Assembly: GCA_951406725.2 (NCBI GenBank)
Contig: OX597818.1
Span: 73,160,001 to 73,224,000, forward strand
Reading direction: 5' to 3'
DNA length: 64,000 bases
Source of the DNA: Octopus vulgaris
Lineage: Eukaryota
Both the position numbers and the translations under genes were made by a program. Shown one piece after another: positions 58,813 to 64,000 of the stretch (positions within the stretch are counted from its first letter, which is position 1; each line of letters opens with the position of its first letter). The notes under the pieces are model-generated. The model searched no databases and was not told the origin of the DNA. It worked only from the letters and a program-made list of their open reading frames with translations.

Positions 58813-59635
58813 TATTTATAATATGCGCCTATATTCACACACACGCATGCATATATATGTTATTAAAATTGTAACGTTATCTCTCTAAGCTGTACTTCCG
58901 TTGTAGTTGTATTTGTTTTCCCTGTCTAATTTCCCTATTTCCTACATTTATGGTGGTTATAGAAAGCTGTTGTGTGTTTAAGGCATCTGCCCTCAACCAA
59001 AAGATTAAAAAATCAAAATCCATGCGAATAGAATAACATTTGCAGAGACATTACTTTGGTAGAGGTCTTATATCAAATCTATTTTGGGCTACCGAAACAC
59101 TTATGCGAAGTTCAGTATCGTACGTTTCACATAATAATACATTCTCTAATATGAAACAGTTCGTAAAAAGAAGTCAAGTAAAAGTAATAAAAGAAGTTCA
59201 ACTTACGATAATAATTCAAATTGAAGTCAACATATTCTAAGTGTGTATATGGCCAATGGACTGAAATGAAATATTGGAGACTTTAAGATATATACGAAAC
59301 ATGGACAACGAGTAATAAACAGTTAATGAGAAGAAAAGTCACATTACGTAAATAAGTAATGTAGACAGATTTATGTGAAAATATTAAAGTTTTATTTATC
59401 TGATATATGTTATTTCCTCTTAAAACGTATATTGCGTTCTTGATTGAGAAAAAAGTCTATATATACCCTCAAGTGAGTTGATGGCTATTGTTTATACCAC
59501 AACAACCATAGACCCGTTAGTTCTTACATCATATGATACTTCGACTCAAACAATCCCGTTTTCATTTTCAGCATTGTGTGTCCACAACTCCACAACTATA
59601 CTTAAGTTTGGCTGCTATCTTCATTACACCAAATC

Positions 59636-59697
<62 letters not shown>

Positions 59698-60072
59698 GAG
59701 GTGCAATGGCCTAGTGGTTAGGGCAGCGGACTCGCGGTCATAGGATCCCGGTTTCATAGGATCGTTGTGAGTGTTTATTGAGCGAAAACACCCAAAGCTC
59801 CACGAGGCTCCGGCAGGGGATGGTGGTGATCCCTGCTGTACTCTTTCACCACAACTTTCTCTCACTCTTACTTCCTGTTTCTGTTGTACCTGTATTTCAA
59901 AGGGCCGGCCTTGCCACTCTCTGTGTCACGCTGAATATCCCCGAGAACTACGTTAAGGGTACACGTGCCTGTGGAGTGCTCAGCCACTTACACGTTAATT
60001 TCACGAGCAGGCTGTTCCGTTGATTCGGATCAACCGGAACCCTCGTCGTCGTAACCGACGGAGTGCTTCCAT
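59698..60072 (+). mobile_element. tRNA-derived SINE resembling the octopus OK/OR SINEs, with rearranged B-box region
   Basis: Head ggaggtgcaatggcctagtggttagggcagcggactcgcggtc (tRNA-Arg-like); cataggatc duplicated where the B box is expected; family name from recall. Confidence 0.7.
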
Positions 60073-60094
60073 CCATATATATGTATATATATAT

Positions 60095-61070
60095 ATATAT
60101 ATAACTGAGAATGTGTGTGTGTCTGTCTGTCTGTATGTTTCTCTAAAACTTGAGAACTACACTACCAATTTCATTCAAATTTTACACATGCCTTACTTAG
60201 AAAATGTTCAACTTCTTGCCTAGGGCGAGCCCATAGCAATATCATATTTTCTCCACTATTTCAGTATTACGTGTTAAAAGTGAAACAAAAACATTTCTCT
60301 ATTTTATGTCAGATACTTTCATTTTAACAATAAAAATAATAATAACAATTGAATTATATGAAGTAAGTACTAATTAAAATCAAACTAAAGTATAATATAA
60401 TCGTAACATAACAAAAGTAAAAACAGCAGTTGGTATAAAATTGCATCAATGACATGCACTTGAATAAGTGGTTTCACATGAATGGGAATAAATTTAAAAT
60501 AAAATTACCGTGCAGAAATGGAATAGTCCAGATGTATAATAAAACGTTAAATTAAAGAAAAGTCTATTGTCTATAAAGTATACAATGTAGAGAAAAAAGA
60601 GGATTTGAACACATGGAGGAAAGCACCATCGAAAAGTGTCTTGGTGCGACTATGAAAGATATCTAACCAGAGGCGGTAAATTCGCCACAATAGAAGCAAG
60701 GTTCGAGTCAACGTGCGAGGGAGTACTCGACTCGAACTTGCAAAGTGGAAAAATTTTATTTTTACCTTTTTATCTGGGACGAAGGACGTGCCGGATAAAA
60801 ATTAAAAATGCCCCCCACCCAGAAGTTTAGGTAGGCTGTATTGTAGCCACATTTCTATACATCGAAATTGCAAGAGACGGGCTTACAATTCCAGTCTGTT
60901 ATATATTTTGTGTATTGTTATCACTAGCGATATCAAAATATAACTTTGCATTTTGTATTTTATGTGTAGATGTATATATATAGATGTACATGTAATATGT
61001 ACACATATATATATACACATATATACATGTACTAGCACTATGACCCGGCAACGACGGGTCATAATGCTAG
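60095..61070 (+). mobile_element. Non-autonomous Helitron-like element
   Basis: 5' part with tgtgtgtctgtctgtctg microsatellite; 3' GC-rich hairpin gacccg...cgggtc followed by CTAG|T. Confidence 0.6.
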
Positions 61071-61134
61071 TATATGTATATATATATATATATATACATA
61101 TATACATATATACATACGTATATATATATATATA

Positions 61135-61515
61135 ATTTAATAAGGGTAGAAATTGATATTAATCAATTAAAACCAGTGTCCTAGCATATTAAAAAAAATC
61201 CGAAGCTTAAAATATTTTTACATACAAAATTTAAAGGACTGACCTCTAAAAGTGGACGGTCAGCATGCTAGATATAGACGTCAAAAACGCTATTTTCCAC
61301 AAAGAATGCGTTCTCAAAAAAAAAAAAAATATCAGCACAAACCAAAGCATTAAAAATAAGCAAGACAAATGAAAATATACGAAATAAAAATGATTACCTA
61401 TGTCCCGATCAGTTTCGATTGTTAATATCTACGCATATGGTTACATGGAAATCTGCAATCTCATTAGCATAGTCTGTCATATAGAAATACAATTTGCAGG
61501 ACTAGATACAAAAAC

Positions 61516-61518
<3 letters not shown>
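61135..61518 (-). mobile_element. Non-autonomous element between (TA)n tracts carrying an HHR relic; related end at 63870-64000
   Basis: agggta.aa...atcaatt.aaaccagtg.cctagcata shared with 63872-63911. Confidence 0.6.
61398..61472 (-). ncRNA. Mutated type I hammerhead motif (core CUAAUGA)
   Basis: cuaug-CUAAUGA-gauug...caauc-GAAA-cugaucgg-GA-cauag; perfect 5-bp stems I and II; G5 and U16.1 altered. Confidence 0.6.
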
Positions 61519-61570
<52 letters not shown>

Positions 61571-61717
61571 TATAAGTACATAGCTACATATACATGTATA
61601 TAAACAGGCATCTATGTGTATAGGACATCAAAAAACGTAGTAAAAAATGAGAAACGAGACAGGCAACATAAAGAACATTCCCTTCATCAGATGGCCTCCG
61701 TTTTATCTACTCCCTGT

Positions 61718-62222
<505 letters not shown>

Positions 62223-62537
62223 TGAAATGCAAAAAGTTTGTTTGTCTGGTTTTAGCATTAGCACGGGTTAAAGGCCACTAGATCCCGTCGGATTGACTCC
62301 AAAATTTACACGGACATGCAAAATGAGATGCGCATGTTAGTGGGTTAGAAATCCCTATCTTAAAAGGTGTCGTTACAAGGGCAACAAACGCACATTTTGG
62401 CAAGTCTTCTCTCATTCCCTTATCTGCTTGTCTCCCTCCATCTCTTTCTCTTTCCTCCATTCCTTTCAATTTCTCTGTATAGCGTCGTTTGACAACGTAT
62501 ACTATCATTCCCCCGCCGCCTTCGCCAGCGTTGTCAC

Positions 62538-62572
<35 letters not shown>

Positions 62573-62720
62573 GTCTGTCTGCATTCATAGAGAGAATTAT
62601 CATCCCCACCACCACCACTTAATCATGAGAACAAATATTATGAATCAGATATTTATTGGGTTAATTTATATGTGTGTGTGTGTTATATATATAAATATGA
62701 ATATATAAAGTATATATATC

Positions 62721-62768
<48 letters not shown>

Positions 62769-62954
62769 AGGGGTGAAATATAATTAATTTAATAAAATTA
62801 ATAAATTTCACCTAGTAGTTTTTTTCGGTATGGAAATATATATATATATATATAATCTATATACATTTGTATATATAATGCGTACACACACACATAAATA
62901 TATATAATATGTATATATGCACATATATATATTTAATGCGTATATATATGTATA

Positions 62955-62988
<34 letters not shown>

Positions 62989-64000
62989 CATATATATATA
63001 TAATGTGTGCATTATATTGTCGGTTGAGCTGAAAATATGCACACCTACGTTAAATGTGCAGGCGAGTTTGCATGGCAACTATTTTTTTCCTCAAGTGAAA
63101 GGCGTGACCTCTAGGACAAAATTCCTCATCTTATAAAATGTTGCCCGAGTAGACCTGAATGAAATCGGGTTATATTAACCAAAATGGGAAAAGGTGTCTA
63201 AATGGGGCTAGAATGGGATTAAAATTTACAGGAGCGAGTGTTTAGGAATGCTCTGTTACATCAAGCTAAAAAAGTTTTGAATGCTTGCCATGGTGAGTCT
63301 ACTGTCGTGAGAAAGAATCACTTCAAAACTTGGTGTTTAGGAATTTTCTTTTACATCAAGTTCAAAATTTTACGATAGCCGTTAAACTGCCACTACATTG
63401 CGGTCCGTCGTTAAGAAATGCCAACCATGGTGACTCTACTATCCTCAGTTTCTATCCCTTCAAACTTTGGTTTCCAATATCTTTTTATTTTTATTCAGCT
63501 CGCAAGTTCGTCTGTCCCTTTTAAATGTTAGTGTTTTGCTGTCTGCTCTGAAGCAGACCTTTCCGTTGTCACTGCCTGATATTTTTGATTGATCTTTCAA
63601 AATATTTTTCTGTCTCAAATTACTCAAGATCTTTTGTTGTTTATAAATAGGAGAGAGATAGATAGAGAAAGATAGAGAGTAAGAGAAAGCGAGGGGGAGT
63701 CCGAGAGAAAGGAAGAATAATAGAGTGGGAAAGTGAGAGAGAAAGGAGAGAGAAACATAGAGGGAGAAGGTGGTGATAAAAAACAGAAAGGAAACAACAG
63801 AAAGTAACCACCACACTCTTACCCGCACGTAGAGCGAGTCACCTTAATCTAGTATATATATATATATATTGAGGGTAAAATATTATCAATTTAAACCAGT
63901 GGCCTAGCATACTGAAAAAGATCTGAAGATTCAGAAAATTATATTACATACATACAAGGGGAATGACCACTAGGTGGATTCTTAATATGCTAAATGAAGA

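Noticed and set aside
59698-59770. tRNA gene (also the heads at 27176, 22839 and 3733)
   Set aside because: No complete cloverleaf; each continues into a SINE body
61660-61700. CUGAUGAaggga on the minus strand, resembling the 23.2-kb HHR start
   Set aside because: No stem II closure or GAAA follows

Overview
AT-rich, microsatellite-dense animal genomic DNA with no convincing host protein-coding gene. The SINE types and repeat content suggest an octopus/cephalopod genome (inference). The window is mostly transposable-element relics. (1) R4/Dong-clade RT-RLE LINE fragments plus a non-coding ~550-bp companion element, mostly inserted into (AAT)n, forming an ~8-kb head-to-tail array at 42-49.8 kb. 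(2) Penelope-like element (PLE; RT + GIY-YIG) fragments and short non-autonomous derivatives, often abutting (TA)n and carrying type I hammerhead-ribozyme (HHR) motifs: nine candidates found by eye, including a near-canonical copy at 18.6 kb, one inside a fold-back element nested in a SINE, and a minimal family with non-canonical cores. (3) A young CR1 LINE nested in an old R4 element. (4) tRNA-derived SINEs. (5) hATm, Chapaev3-like, Tc1/mariner and Helitron-like DNA elements. Most ORFs in the supplied track are microsatellite artefacts. All alignments and folds were done by eye, so boundaries are approximate.
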